64,000 bases of DNA from an uncultured Gemmatimonadales bacterium. GTDB taxonomy: Bacteria > Gemmatimonadota > Gemmatimonadetes > Gemmatimonadales > GWC2-71-9. The stretch covers positions 768,001 to 832,000 of the forward strand of contig CAWGED010000005.1 in assembly GCA_963821525.1 (NCBI GenBank). The letters are read 5' to 3'. Below, piece by piece: positions 18,704 to 28,305 of the stretch (the first letter of the stretch is position 1; every line of letters starts with the position of its first letter). The position numbers and the translations under genes are program-made. The notes below the pieces were generated by a model. The model was not told the origin of the DNA and made no database searches. It saw only the letters and a program-made list of their open reading frames with translations.

Positions 18704-20515
18704 TCTGAAAGCAACCTCACCAAGGGCCGGATAGTCCACCGGCTTCACCAGGTGGTGATCGAACCCGACGTCTTTCGACTTTCGCCGGTCCTCCTCCTGG
18801 CCCCAGCCGGTCAGGGCGATCATCAGCATGTCTCGGCCCCAGGGCTGGGACCGGATGCGGCGGCAGACCTCGAGGCCGTCGAGGTTGGGCATGCCGATGT
18901 CGAGGAGGACGACGTCGGGACGAAATGCCTCTGCCACCTCGATCGCTTCGAGTCCCTCGTTGGCCGTGTGTGCCTCGTTGCCCGAGATCTTGAGCAGCAT
19001 GGCGAGCGAAGAGGCCGCGTCGGTGTTGTCATCCACCACGAGAATGCGACGAGGCTTCGCCGCCGGCACGCTCTCCGGCAACACTCCGTTGCTCGGCGGC
19101 GGCGCGCTCATGACCGGGAGCCGAACCACGAACTCGCTCCCCCTGCCGGGCCCCTCGCTATGGGCGGCCACGCTCCCGTCATGCATCTCGACCAGACGCT
19201 TGACCAGGGTCAATCCGAGTCCGAGGCCCCCGCGCGATCCTTCGCCGCTCTGCTCGATCTGGGTGAACATCTCGAAGACGCTGGTGAGCCGGTCGGATGG
19301 GATGCCCACACCGGTGTCGTTCACCTTTACCAGAACCTCGCTCCCCGCTTGCTCAGCCGTCACCGAGATCCTGCCTCCTGGCGGCGTGTACTTGCATGCG
19401 TTGTTGAGCAGGTTGCCGAATACCTGGGCCAGGCGGGCGGGGTCGGCTTCGAGATAGATCGGCCCTGAGGGCAGGGTCACCTTCAGCTGATGGCCCAGAG
19501 ACTCGGCCTGTGGCAGGGAAGCTTCGACGGCATGCCCGATGATCCGCGCCAAGTCCACCCGCTCCTTGCTGAGCGCGAGCTTGTTGTGGGTAATGCGGCT
19601 CACGTCGAGCAGGTCATCTACCAGCCGGACCAGCTGTCCCAGCTGGCGATCCATCGTATCGACAGTCTCGTCCACTCCATTGCCGGTATCGCCGGTGCGC
19701 TTGATGATCTCGAGCGTGCTGCGGAGCGGCGCCAGCGGACCTCGAAGTTCGTGGGCCAGAAGGGCCAGGAACTCGTCCTTGCGACGATCCGCCTGTTGGA
19801 GTTGGGCCAGCAGGCTATGAATCTTCTCTTCCGCCTTCTTACGATCCGTGATGTCCCTCGCGGTCTTCGAGGCTCCCACGACCTTCCCTGATTCATCGAA
19901 CACCGGGGATATTGTCAGCGAGATGTGAATGTGCTGGCCGTCCTTTCGGAGCCGGACGGTTTCGAAGTGTTCAACCCGCTCACCGGCCCGGATGCGGCCC
20001 AGGATCTCCTTCTCTTCGTCCTGCCGGTCGGGAGGGATAATGATGGTGATATGACGGCCAATCGCTTCCGCGGCCGTGTATCCAAAGAGCCGCTCCGCCG
20101 AGGCATTCCAGGTCTGAATGATCCCGTCCACCGTCTTGCTGACGATGGCGTCGTCGGAGGACTCGACGATGGAGGCGAGGAGGCGAGCAGGGCGCTGGGA
20201 GGTTCGCATGGCCTCCCCGAAACCAATGATGATGGAGCAGGTGATGAGGTACGCGGTGAGCCCGACCAGAGTGGGCATATCCCAGACGAGTACACCGCGC
20301 GGCACGATGAAAAGGTACGAACAGGCGAGGTACCCGAGGAGCACGGCGACCAGTGCGGGGCGCCAGCCGCCGATCCAGACCCCGAACGCGACGGCGCCGT
20401 AGAGGGTCACCAGCGGCAGCGAATCGCCCAGGACGGGGTCCAGCAGCCAGCGGATCAGCACGGCCGCCGCGACCGCAACCAGCGTCAAGACGTACGTGAA
20501 ACCGGGTCTACGCAA
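18689..20515 (-). CDS. Hybrid sensor histidine kinase (DUF4118-PAS-HisKA-HATPase-REC)
   Basis: N-terminal TMs; PAS SSDDAIVSK..WN; H-box LAHELRGPL; NLLNNACKY; GLGLGL; REC ILVVDDN..LLDIGMP..KP. Confidence 0.93.
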   Translation of the reverse strand: MRRPGFTYVLTLVAVAAAVLIRWLLDPVLGDSLPLVTLYGAVAFGVWIGGWRPALVAVLLGYLACSYLFIVPRGVLVWDMPTLVGLTAYLITCSIIIGFGEAMRTSQRPARLLASIVESSDDAIVSKTVDGIIQTWNASAERLFGYTAAEAIGRHITIIIPPDRQDEEKEILGRIRAGERVEHFETVRLRKDGQHIHISLTISPVFDESGKVVGASKTARDITDRKKAEEKIHSLLAQLQQADRRKDEFLALLAHELRGPLAPLRSTLEIIKRTGDTGNGVDETVDTMDRQLGQLVRLVDDLLDVSRITHNKLALSKERVDLARIIGHAVEASLPQAESLGHQLKVTLPSGPIYLEADPARLAQVFGNLLNNACKYTPPGGRISVTAEQAGSEVLVKVNDTGVGIPSDRLTSVFEMFTQIEQSGEGSRGGLGLGLTLVKRLVEMHDGSVAAHSEGPGRGSEFVVRLPVMSAPPPSNGVLPESVPAAKPRRILVVDDNTDAASSLAMLLKISGNEAHTANEGLEAIEVAEAFRPDVVLLDIGMPNLDGLEVCRRIRSQPWGRDMLMIALTGWGQEEDRRKSKDVGFDHHLVKPVDYPALGEVAFRGSRE

Positions 20516-20550
20516 TCGTACCTCATGGATGGTGCGGAGGGCGGTGCGCA

Positions 20551-20631
20551 GGGATAGGGAGTAGGGGATAGGGCTGGAAGAATCGAGTCCAGCTCCCCCC
20601 CTCCCCTCCCCTACTCCCTACTCCCTACCCC
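20551..20631. repeat. Inverted pair of heptamer arrays (GGGAGTA/TACTCCC)
   Basis: gggataggga gtaggggata ggg ... ccctactccctactccctacccc at the ispE 3' end. Confidence 0.7.
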
Positions 20632-21487
20632 CGGCCATTATAGGCAGCACATCACCGAACTTCCTGCCAAGCATCATGAGCGCATCATCTCGAACTTCCG
20701 CACTCCGATACACCGCAAACACCGCCGAACCCGACCCGCTCATCCGGCATACTAGGGGATGGGTCTTGGCGAGGGCCTCGAATGCCTGCCGGATCTCTGG
20801 ATGATGGCCGAAGACAGCCGATTCGAAATCGTTTCCGGCGAGGCGGCCGATGCTGCCCCAGCTCGAGAGGCTGTCGTGATCCATCGCGATCGCGCCCCGG
20901 CGTCCGGCATCATGGTGTGCCGCGTCTACCCAGCGATACGCCTCCGCGGTCGAGACACCGACCTTGGGGATCAACAATATTCCGGGCGCCTGTGGAAGGG
21001 GTGGCAGCCGCAACATCCGCTCCCCCCGACCCCAGGCCAGTGCGAGCCCGCTGCCTGAGATGAAGAACGGTACGTCGCTGCCGAGTTTAGCCGCGAACTG
21101 AAGCAGCTCGTGACGGGGCACTGCGTCTGCCGCGAGCTGATTGACTGCCAACAGGGACGCGGCTCCATCACTCGAGCCACCGCCCAGCCCGGCCCTGACC
21201 GGAATCCTCTTGGTCAGAGTGAGTCGGACACCAAACTTCCTGCCCGTTGCCTCGAGTACCATTTCCGCGGCTCGAACCGCGAGGTTCTGCTCCGCCGGTC
21301 CAGTATCGGCCCCGACGACCTCCAGCGCAACCGATCCCCCCTCCACACGCTCGGCGCGTAAAGTATCGGCCAGGCTGATACGGCAGAACAGGGTCTCCAG
21401 GCTGTGGTAACCGTCGGCTTCCCGGGCGAGCACGCGCAACAGCAGGTTGACCTTGGCGTGCGCCGCCAGCTCTACGGTCGAGGTCAC
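20618..21487 (-). CDS. ispE: 4-diphosphocytidyl-2-C-methyl-D-erythritol kinase
   Basis: AHAKVNL, GYHSLET, KRIPVRAGLGGGSSD, LGSDVPFF and MSGSGS. Confidence 0.97.
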   Translation of the reverse strand: MTSTVELAAHAKVNLLLRVLAREADGYHSLETLFCRISLADTLRAERVEGGSVALEVVGADTGPAEQNLAVRAAEMVLEATGRKFGVRLTLTKRIPVRAGLGGGSSDGAASLLAVNQLAADAVPRHELLQFAAKLGSDVPFFISGSGLALAWGRGERMLRLPPLPQAPGILLIPKVGVSTAEAYRWVDAAHHDAGRRGAIAMDHDSLSSWGSIGRLAGNDFESAVFGHHPEIRQAFEALAKTHPLVCRMSGSGSAVFAVYRSAEVRDDALMMLGRKFGDVLPIMAGGRE

Positions 21488-22506
21488 CCCGGAGATCTCC
21501 GGAGGTCGCGGAGCCCGATGTTGGTGCGTGCCACCGACCAGGCACCGAGCAGGGTGATGGGGATGAAGGTGGTGATGTGGTAGGTAAAGGCGTAGGTCGC
21601 GGCCAGGCTGGCATCAACATGGTAGAGACCGAGGACCGCGATGATCGGCGCCTCGAAGACGCCGACATATCCCGGCGTCGAGGGAACGGCGATGCCGAAC
21701 ATGATGAGACTCTGCATGAGCAGCGCGCCGGCGAAACTCACCTCGATGCCGAAGGCCGCGAACATCACATAAAAGGAAAGGGCGCTGAGCCCCCAGACGG
21801 CAAGCGACCAGAGCACCACACCGAGTATTCGCACCGGCGACTGAAGCGCCGAGAGTCCCTGGCGGATGCCTTCGATGATGGTAACCAGCCGGTCGGCCAG
21901 ACCCTTGAAGGGAACCACCTTCCGGATCGTGGCTTCCGCGGCCCGAGGAAAGGCAACGACGGCTCCGGCGAGAGCGAGGCCGGCCACCGCGGCGACCCCC
22001 ACGAGGGTCGCGAGCCGTCCCATGTGTACGCCGCCGACTTCCGCGTCAGCCGGCAGGCCGGCCAGCAGCAGGCCCAGGCCGAGGAAGAATCCGACGGTGA
22101 GCGCGTCGAACATCCGCTCGACCGCGATCGAGCTCAGTGCCGCGGTGAACCGCACGCCGGCAAGCCGCGTCGCCGCGAAGGTCCTCACCACTTCTCCGAT
22201 CCTGAGCGGCAGCACGTTGTTCGCCATGAAGCCCATCGCGATCGCATGCCAGAGGGGACCCGGTGGAAGCCGGCTCCCGTCTTCCGCGCGGAGCAGGAGC
22301 TGCCAGCGGAAGATGCGAAGCACGAAGGTGAGCGTCGCCATGACGATGCCCACGATGATCGGAAAGAGCCGAGCCTCCCTCAGGTGAAGGAGGACCTCGG
22401 CGAAGTTCACATCCTTGAGCGACCACCACAGCAGCGTCGCGGAAACGACGATACCGAGGAGAGCCTGCCAGACCGGCGGGCGTTGGGTGACGGGTGGGGA
22501 CGACAA
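21484..22506 (-). CDS. Lysylphosphatidylglycerol synthase TM-domain (flippase-like, UPF0104) protein
   Basis: GFMANNVLPLRIGE, ERMFD and PSTPGYVGVFE. Confidence 0.9.
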   Translation of the reverse strand: MSSPPVTQRPPVWQALLGIVVSATLLWWSLKDVNFAEVLLHLREARLFPIIVGIVMATLTFVLRIFRWQLLLRAEDGSRLPPGPLWHAIAMGFMANNVLPLRIGEVVRTFAATRLAGVRFTAALSSIAVERMFDALTVGFFLGLGLLLAGLPADAEVGGVHMGRLATLVGVAAVAGLALAGAVVAFPRAAEATIRKVVPFKGLADRLVTIIEGIRQGLSALQSPVRILGVVLWSLAVWGLSALSFYVMFAAFGIEVSFAGALLMQSLIMFGIAVPSTPGYVGVFEAPIIAVLGLYHVDASLAATYAFTYHITTFIPITLLGAWSVARTNIGLRDLRRSPG

Positions 22507-22512
22507 GTGCGA

Positions 22513-24237
22513 CTACTCGACCTGCGCGAGATCTACGAGGTCGAGCAGTTCCTCGACGAGGGGTCGTAAGACTGCGCCGGCTGCATGGGACGCCATTGCC
22601 TCCCGGATCTCCATTCGCACGGCGGCGGCGCGAGTGAGTGCGCTGCGGCCCCGGTAGCAGATCGCAGCGATGTCCACGACGGCTGGTTCTTCGGCGGCTC
22701 GCGCGAGAGGGGTCGTTGGACGCGGAGCAGGGGTGGGGGCAGGAGGCTGCCGCGGGCACAGCTGCGGCCGCTGGCGCAGGTGCGGCGCGTGGTGTCGGCT
22801 TGATCAGCTCTTCGAGCGACGCACCGTCGAGCCCGTTCTCGGCGACCAGCCGGTGGTACTTGAGCAGGCTCGCGAGGATACCGGTGTCTTCCGCGTTCGG
22901 GGCGGCTTCGTCGTCGGGGGCGAGGGCCTCGATGGGGACGACGTCTTCTTTGGGGGCGACCGAGGCGACCAGGGCGACGGGGCGACGGGCGACACAGGCA
23001 GGGCGGCGCGAGCGGCGGGGAGCCCGATGTTCCGAACATCCTGCGCCAGCACGGCCAACGCCTCGGCGAGGCCGGTCCTCCCACCCGATTCGCTCACGGC
23101 CCGCAGCTTGGAGCCGACCGCGCGAAGAATTGCCGCGAACCGGCGATGCTGCGATGCCGCACTGCCGTCGCCGATCGCGCTCCGCGTCGCGGCTGAGATG
23201 CTGTCGAGCGCCTCGGCGAGCGGATGATCGGTTACATCGTGGCTCAGGATCTGGAGCACGCCGGAGAGCGAATGCAGCCGGAGACTCTGCATCGTGGGAG
23301 ATGTCGCCCGCTCCAGTTCATCCGCTGCCTGGCAGAGATGCTCACCCCGGCTCACCAGCTCGGCTGCAACCATCTCGACTCGCGGTGCCACCTGGGGCGC
23401 CGTGCCGCGACTCACCACACCCGGTTCGCCATCGGGGAACAGGGTCTCGATCGGGACCACCGCGGTCTGCGGTGGCTCGGCCTTGAGCAGGAGTGCTGCG
23501 AACTCCCGGCACTCCGTCGCCTCGGGATCGGGCTTTCCTTGCTCGGCCACGTCGCGCGCCGAGCGGGCCAGCGCCTGCGCCGCCGCGGCGAGCAGTTCGC
23601 TGAGCAGAGAACCGGCGGTGCCGCTCAGCGCGTTGCTACTGCGCTCGACGCCATCGAGGATTTCGGCGAGGGGAGGGAAATCAGAGAGCGCGGCGAGACC
23701 ACGGAGCGGCTGCATCCGGCGCAGCACCGCCTGCATCGGTTCATGCCCGGCAGACGAGCTGCGCAGTGATCGCGAGGCCTGGTCCAGTGCGCTCGCAACA
23801 GTCGCCGCCTCGCGCGCGAGAAAGGCGCGGACTCCCGCCTCGCTCACCCCGCTGATGCCACCCGAACCGGGACCCGCCATCGCCTCGAGCCGCATCGCGA
23901 GCCGTTCGGCGCGACCACTGTCGTCCGGCGTCCACTTGGTCACGTGGTGGACCAGGTCCCGCATCTCATCGACGGCCGCGGCGACCAGCGTCGCCGTCTC
24001 CATGTCCCAGGGCCGTCGCCCATCTCGATAAGCGCGAAGCACGTGCTCGAGGCCGCTCGCCGCGCGGGCGATGAGGTGCTGGTTGGCCATGAGCGCGCTG
24101 CCACGAAGAGCGCGGGCGTATCGCACCAGCTCGTCGGGTCGCGGCGCGGTCGCACGGGACACCAGGACACCAAGCCGCTCGAGATACTCGCCGGCTTCGT
24201 GCGAAAAGAAGTCGTCAATACCGAGCGGCTGGGTCAT
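22513..24237 (-). CDS. Hpt-like helical-bundle protein (frameshifts in the Pro-rich linker)
   Basis: FF..EAGEYL..L..ARALRGSA Hpt-like pattern. The C-terminal VVDIAAICYRGRSAL..LVEELLDLVDLA* lies in another frame. Confidence 0.65.
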
Positions 24238-24332
24238 CGCGGACTCGGGTAAAGGCTCAGACTCTGGTGAAGGCGAAGGAGAAACACCCTAAGTGTAGGA
24301 ATCCCCAGCGTTTCGGTCAATTCGCCCGATCG

Positions 24333-25040
24333 CTACCGGGGGACCAGCCGCCGCATCTCGCTTACCGCTTCCTTCATCCCGGTGAGAATCGCCCGGCTCA
24401 TCACGCTGTGCCCGATGTTGAGCTCCTCGATCGACTGAACCGCGGCGACCGGCGCGACGTTAAGGTAGGTGAGGCCGTGACCCGCATGAACTGCCAGACC
24501 GATTCCGGCGGCGTGGCGGGACGCGTCCTTGAGCTGTTCCAGTGCGGCAGGGCCCTGACGCCAGGTGTGGGCGTAGCGCCCGGTGTGCAGCTCGATCGCG
24601 GGAACGCCGAGTTCGCGGGCGCGGTCGATGGTCTCGCGGGTAGGGTCAATGAAGAGGCTCACGCGGCAGCCGGCCCCCGTCAGCCGATTGATGGCTTCGA
24701 TCAGTCGGGGATCCTTCCGGGAGAGATCGAGTCCGCCCTCGGTGGTGATCTCTTCCCGGCGTTCCGGCACCAGCGTCGCCTGGAACGGTTTGAGCCGGCA
24801 GGCCAAGCCTACGATCTCGGAACTCGAGGCCAGCTCGAAGTTGAGCACGGTGCGAACCGAACGGGCCAGGCGTTCGAGGTCTTTGTCCTGCATGTGGCGC
24901 CGGTCTTCCCGCAAGTGGGCCGTAATGCCATCGGCGCCAGCGGCTTCGCAGAGCTCGGCGGCCGCCACCGGGTCCGGTTCGTCGGTCTTGCGTGCTTCGC
25001 GCAGGGTCGCGACGTGATCGACGTTGATGTATAGACGCAT
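24333..25040 (-). CDS. pdxJ: Pyridoxine 5'-phosphate synthase
   Basis: NVDHVATLR, HLREDRRH, TTEGG, ELHTG, HAGHGL and ELNIGH. Confidence 0.98.
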   Translation of the reverse strand: MRLYINVDHVATLREARKTDEPDPVAAAELCEAAGADGITAHLREDRRHMQDKDLERLARSVRTVLNFELASSSEIVGLACRLKPFQATLVPERREEITTEGGLDLSRKDPRLIEAINRLTGAGCRVSLFIDPTRETIDRARELGVPAIELHTGRYAHTWRQGPAALEQLKDASRHAAGIGLAVHAGHGLTYLNVAPVAAVQSIEELNIGHSVMSRAILTGMKEAVSEMRRLVPR

Positions 25041-25124
25041 GACGGTTGATGATGTAGAGGCCCCGAGGTTGATTGGGGCCACGCTCGTTTAATTTGCGCC
25101 ACTCTTTTGAGGGAGCGCGCCCGC

Positions 25125-25601
25125 GTGACGAGATCGCCAGCGATGGTCTGCCTGATAACGCTACTCGTCGGATGCGGCGGCGGTGGCAGCCCGGCATCTC
25201 CGGCACCCGGCAACGCGAGCGATAGCCCGGAGACAGCGGTCAAGAACTTCATGCAGGCGATCGCCGACAGCAATATCACCCGGATGACGCAGCTCTGGGG
25301 CACAGCCAAGGGTCCGGCCGCGGAAACCAAGAAGCCGGATGACTACGAAAAGCGAATGATCATCACGCAGCTGTACCTGCGGGGCGCGGGGTACCGGATC
25401 ATTCGGGTGGACCCGATCACCGACGATCCGACGCGGAACCTGGTGACGGTGGACCTCAATCGGGGCGAATGCACCAAATCGGTGCCGTTCACGGTGGTCA
25501 ACACGGGCAACAGCTGGATCGTAAATCAGATTGACCTGAACCTGGCCGGGACGCCGGTGCGGCCCTGCGAGCCGTCGGTGCCCGAGGAGGGGAAGCCCTG
25601 A
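25125..25601 (+). CDS. Hypothetical lipoprotein (NTF2-like fold suspected)
   Basis: LLVGC lipobox; SPETAVKNFMQA..M..LWGT. Confidence 0.75.
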   Translation: MTRSPAMVCLITLLVGCGGGGSPASPAPGNASDSPETAVKNFMQAIADSNITRMTQLWGTAKGPAAETKKPDDYEKRMIITQLYLRGAGYRIIRVDPITDDPTRNLVTVDLNRGECTKSVPFTVVNTGNSWIVNQIDLNLAGTPVRPCEPSVPEEGKP

Positions 25602-25997
25602 TCAGTCGGTAAGCTCGATCAGGATCCCCGAGGTGCTCTTGGGGTGGACGAACGCCACGCGGCGCCCACCCGCACCCGGACGAGGTTGCTGATCCACGAG
25701 CTGGTAGCCGGCGCGACGGCAGGAATCGAGGGCTTCGTCCAGATCGGGGACCCGGTAGCAGATGTGATGGATGCCGGGACCACGTTTGGCCAGGAACCTG
25801 GCAACGGGACTATCGGGGGTGCGGGGCTCCAGGAGCTCGACCTCGGTGTCGCCGAAGTGCAGCGAGACGATCATCGCCCCATCGGACATTTCGGGGCGGC
25901 CGGGGGCCAGACCAAGGACCTCGGTATAAAAGGTAAGGGCTGCGGTGATGTCCTCCACCGCGATGCCAACATGGGCGATCCTGGGGCTGGATATCAG
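25602..25997 (-). CDS. mce: Methylmalonyl-CoA epimerase
   Basis: RIAHVGIAV, VELLEP, GPGIHHI and AFVHPKSTSGILIEL; start codon uncertain. Confidence 0.92.
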   Translation of the reverse strand: MISSPRIAHVGIAVEDITAALTFYTEVLGLAPGRPEMSDGAMIVSLHFGDTEVELLEPRTPDSPVARFLAKRGPGIHHICYRVPDLDEALDSCRRAGYQLVDQQPRPGAGGRRVAFVHPKSTSGILIELTD

Positions 25998-26082
25998 GGG
26001 AGCCTCCCGGGGAGGATATCACAAGGCGTTTCCGGCCTGCGGGGCGGGCGCAAGTATCCGGTATTGGAAAGGATCATAACGA

Positions 26083-26439
26083 ATGTCGAGCAGCAACGTC
26101 ACGCATGTAACCGATGACTCGTTCGCCGCCCAGGTGGAGCAGAACGAGGGCCTGACCCTGGTGGACTTCTGGGCCGCCTGGTGTGGACCCTGCGTCGCCA
26201 TCGCTCCGGCCATCGACCAGCTGGCGGATGAGCTGGTCGGCAAGGTGAAGATCGCCAAGCTGGACACCGATGCCAACCAGCGGACCGCCATCCGGTTCAA
26301 CGTGCGGTCGATCCCCAGCATCCTGTTCTTCGTGAACGGCAAGCACGTGGACACGGTGGTCGGCGGCCACCCGTCCAGCATCAAGAACGTGCTCACCGGG
26401 AAGATTCAACAGCATAGCGGGGAGACGGTCAAGAAGTAA
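26083..26439 (+). CDS. trxA: Thioredoxin
   Basis: DFWAAWCGPC and VRSIP. Confidence 0.97.
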   Translation: MSSSNVTHVTDDSFAAQVEQNEGLTLVDFWAAWCGPCVAIAPAIDQLADELVGKVKIAKLDTDANQRTAIRFNVRSIPSILFFVNGKHVDTVVGGHPSSIKNVLTGKIQQHSGETVKK

Positions 26440-26450
26440 TGAGATAAGGA

Positions 26451-26510
26451 AGTACCGAGTACGACGGAGTACCGAGTACCGAGAGGTGAGAAGGAAGAAG
26501 TACGAGGTGG
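26451..26510. repeat. Heptamer array (GAGTACC)n
   Basis: agtaccgagtacg..gagtaccgagtaccgagaggtgagaagg. Confidence 0.7.
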
Positions 26511-26555
26511 GTAGGAGGCCTGGGTTCCTGGCACTCCTGCCCACCTTTTGTTTCT

Positions 26556-26722
26556 ACCTAACCCCCTGTCCCCCTTCCCTATTGGGAAGGGGGAACTCGT
26601 CCGATGAGTCTACGCTGACCTTGGTGAAAAACGGTGTGACTCGAGAACGGTGCTTCGCCCACCAGAGACACTTGCTCGGCGGTGCGCTGTCCCTCCAATG
26701 GGAAGGGGTCAGGGGGTTAGGT
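26556..26722. mobile_element. MITE-like 167-bp element with terminal inverted repeats
   Basis: Left end acctaaccccctgtcccccttccctattgg; the right end reverse-complements to acctaaccccctgaccccttcccattgg. Non-coding. Confidence 0.6.
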
Positions 26723-26767
26723 CACTCAGTCCTCAGTCCTATCCTGCCGTTCCACTACCTTTCCCTC

Positions 26768-27595
26768 ATGGCCGCCACGCTTTACGTCGTCGCGACGCCG
26801 CTGGGCAACCTGGGTGACTTGACCCTCCGCGCCCGCGAACTGCTCCGCACGGTAGATGTGGTGGCCGCCGAGGATACCCGCAGGGTTCGGGGACTCCTGA
26901 CCCACCTCGATGCCCATCCCAGGGTCCTGAGTTTCCACGCCCACTCTCCGGTGCGCCGGCAGGAGACCCTGCTCGAAATCCTCGGCGAGGGGCGCTCGGT
27001 TGCCCTCGTGACCGATGCTGGGACACCGGGCATCAGCGATCCCGGTGCCGAGCTCGTGGCCGTCGTGCGCGAAGCCGGCTTTCCTGTCGTCCCCCTGCCA
27101 GGACCATCTGCCGTCGGGACTGCGCTCTCAGCCGCCGGGCTTCCCGCGGATCGCTACCTGTTCCTCGGCTTTCTCCCTCGCAAAGGGAAGGAACGCGCCC
27201 GCCTCTTGCAGCAAGCCTTGTCGTCGGAATGGACCGTGGTGTTCTACGAGGCGCCGAGTCGGCTGACCGAATTGCTGGGAGACGTGGCGAAGCAACAGCC
27301 GGAGCGCCGCGTGGTGGTCGCCCGGGAGCTGACCAAGCTTCATGAGGAGTTCCGGGCCGGAACCGCCACCGAGACGCTCGCGTACTATGAAGGCACTCCA
27401 CCCCGTGGCGAGGTCACCGTTGTTCTGGAAGGGAACGGCAAGCCGGTCGAGCCGCTCTCGTCCGACGACGTTGCCGCTCGCGCCGTCCGGCTCCTCGCCG
27501 AAGGGCTCACCCGTAAGGCCGCGGTGCAGCAGCTTATGAAGGAAACGATGATCTCGCGGAACGAGGCGTACCGGATCGTGATGGAGACGCCGTGA
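26768..27595 (+). CDS. rsmI: 16S rRNA (cytidine1402-2'-O)-methyltransferase
   Basis: LYVVATPLGNL, AEDTR, DAGTPGISDPG, FYEAP and RELTKLHEE. Confidence 0.97.
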   Translation: MAATLYVVATPLGNLGDLTLRARELLRTVDVVAAEDTRRVRGLLTHLDAHPRVLSFHAHSPVRRQETLLEILGEGRSVALVTDAGTPGISDPGAELVAVVREAGFPVVPLPGPSAVGTALSAAGLPADRYLFLGFLPRKGKERARLLQQALSSEWTVVFYEAPSRLTELLGDVAKQQPERRVVVARELTKLHEEFRAGTATETLAYYEGTPPRGEVTVVLEGNGKPVEPLSSDDVAARAVRLLAEGLTRKAAVQQLMKETMISRNEAYRIVMETP

Positions 27596-28305
27596 TGGGC
27601 GGCTCGGCGGCTCGGCGGCTCGGCGGCTCGGTGATTGGCGTGTTGGCGCTCCTGCTTGGAACGGCGGCATCGCTCGAGGCGCAGGCGGCGGGGAGTCGCC
27701 TGCCGGGCACCATGACGATCGGGCGCCTGCACTACGACGGTGGGGGGGACTGGTACGCCAATCCTTCCAGCCTGCCGAATCTCCTCGCCGCGATTGCGTC
27801 TCGTACCTCGCTCCGGGTCGCGCCGAAAGAACGCGTCGTTACCCTGAGCAGCGACGATCTGTGGGATGTCCCGTACATCCATATGACGGGGCACGGCAAC
27901 GTCCACTTCAGCGACCAGGACCTGGAGCGGCTGCGGCGCTATCTCCGCCAGGGCGGATTCCTCCATGCGGACGACAATTACGGCATGGACCAGTCCATCC
28001 GGAGAGAACTGGCTCGGCTCTTCCCCGATCATCCCCTGGTCGAGGTGCCGCTGAATCACCCGATCTATCACCTGATCTACGATTTTCCCAAGGGCGTCCC
28101 CAAGATTCATGTGCACGATGGCAAGCCGGCCCAGGGCTTTGGCATCTTCCTCGATGGCCGGCTGGCGGTCTATTACACGTACCAGTCCGATTTGGGCGAC
28201 GGCTGGGAGGACTTCGAAGTCCATCATGATCCACCGGAGAAACACGAGGCCGCGCTGCGAATGGGAGTGAACCTCTTCGCCTACGCCGTGGGGTACGGCG
28301 GGTGA
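27592..28305 (+). CDS. DUF4159 domain-containing protein
   Basis: YDGGGDWY, MTGHG, GGFLHADDNYG and DLGDGWED; signal peptide; 8-mer repeat (ggctcggc)x4 at 27601-27631. Confidence 0.92.
   Translation: MMGGSAARRLGGSVIGVLALLLGTAASLEAQAAGSRLPGTMTIGRLHYDGGGDWYANPSSLPNLLAAIASRTSLRVAPKERVVTLSSDDLWDVPYIHMTGHGNVHFSDQDLERLRRYLRQGGFLHADDNYGMDQSIRRELARLFPDHPLVEVPLNHPIYHLIYDFPKGVPKIHVHDGKPAQGFGIFLDGRLAVYYTYQSDLGDGWEDFEVHHDPPEKHEAALRMGVNLFAYAVGYGG

Noticed and set aside
26486..26767. N-terminal extension of RsmI
   Set aside because: It translates repeat and MITE-like DNA; homology starts at ATG 26768.
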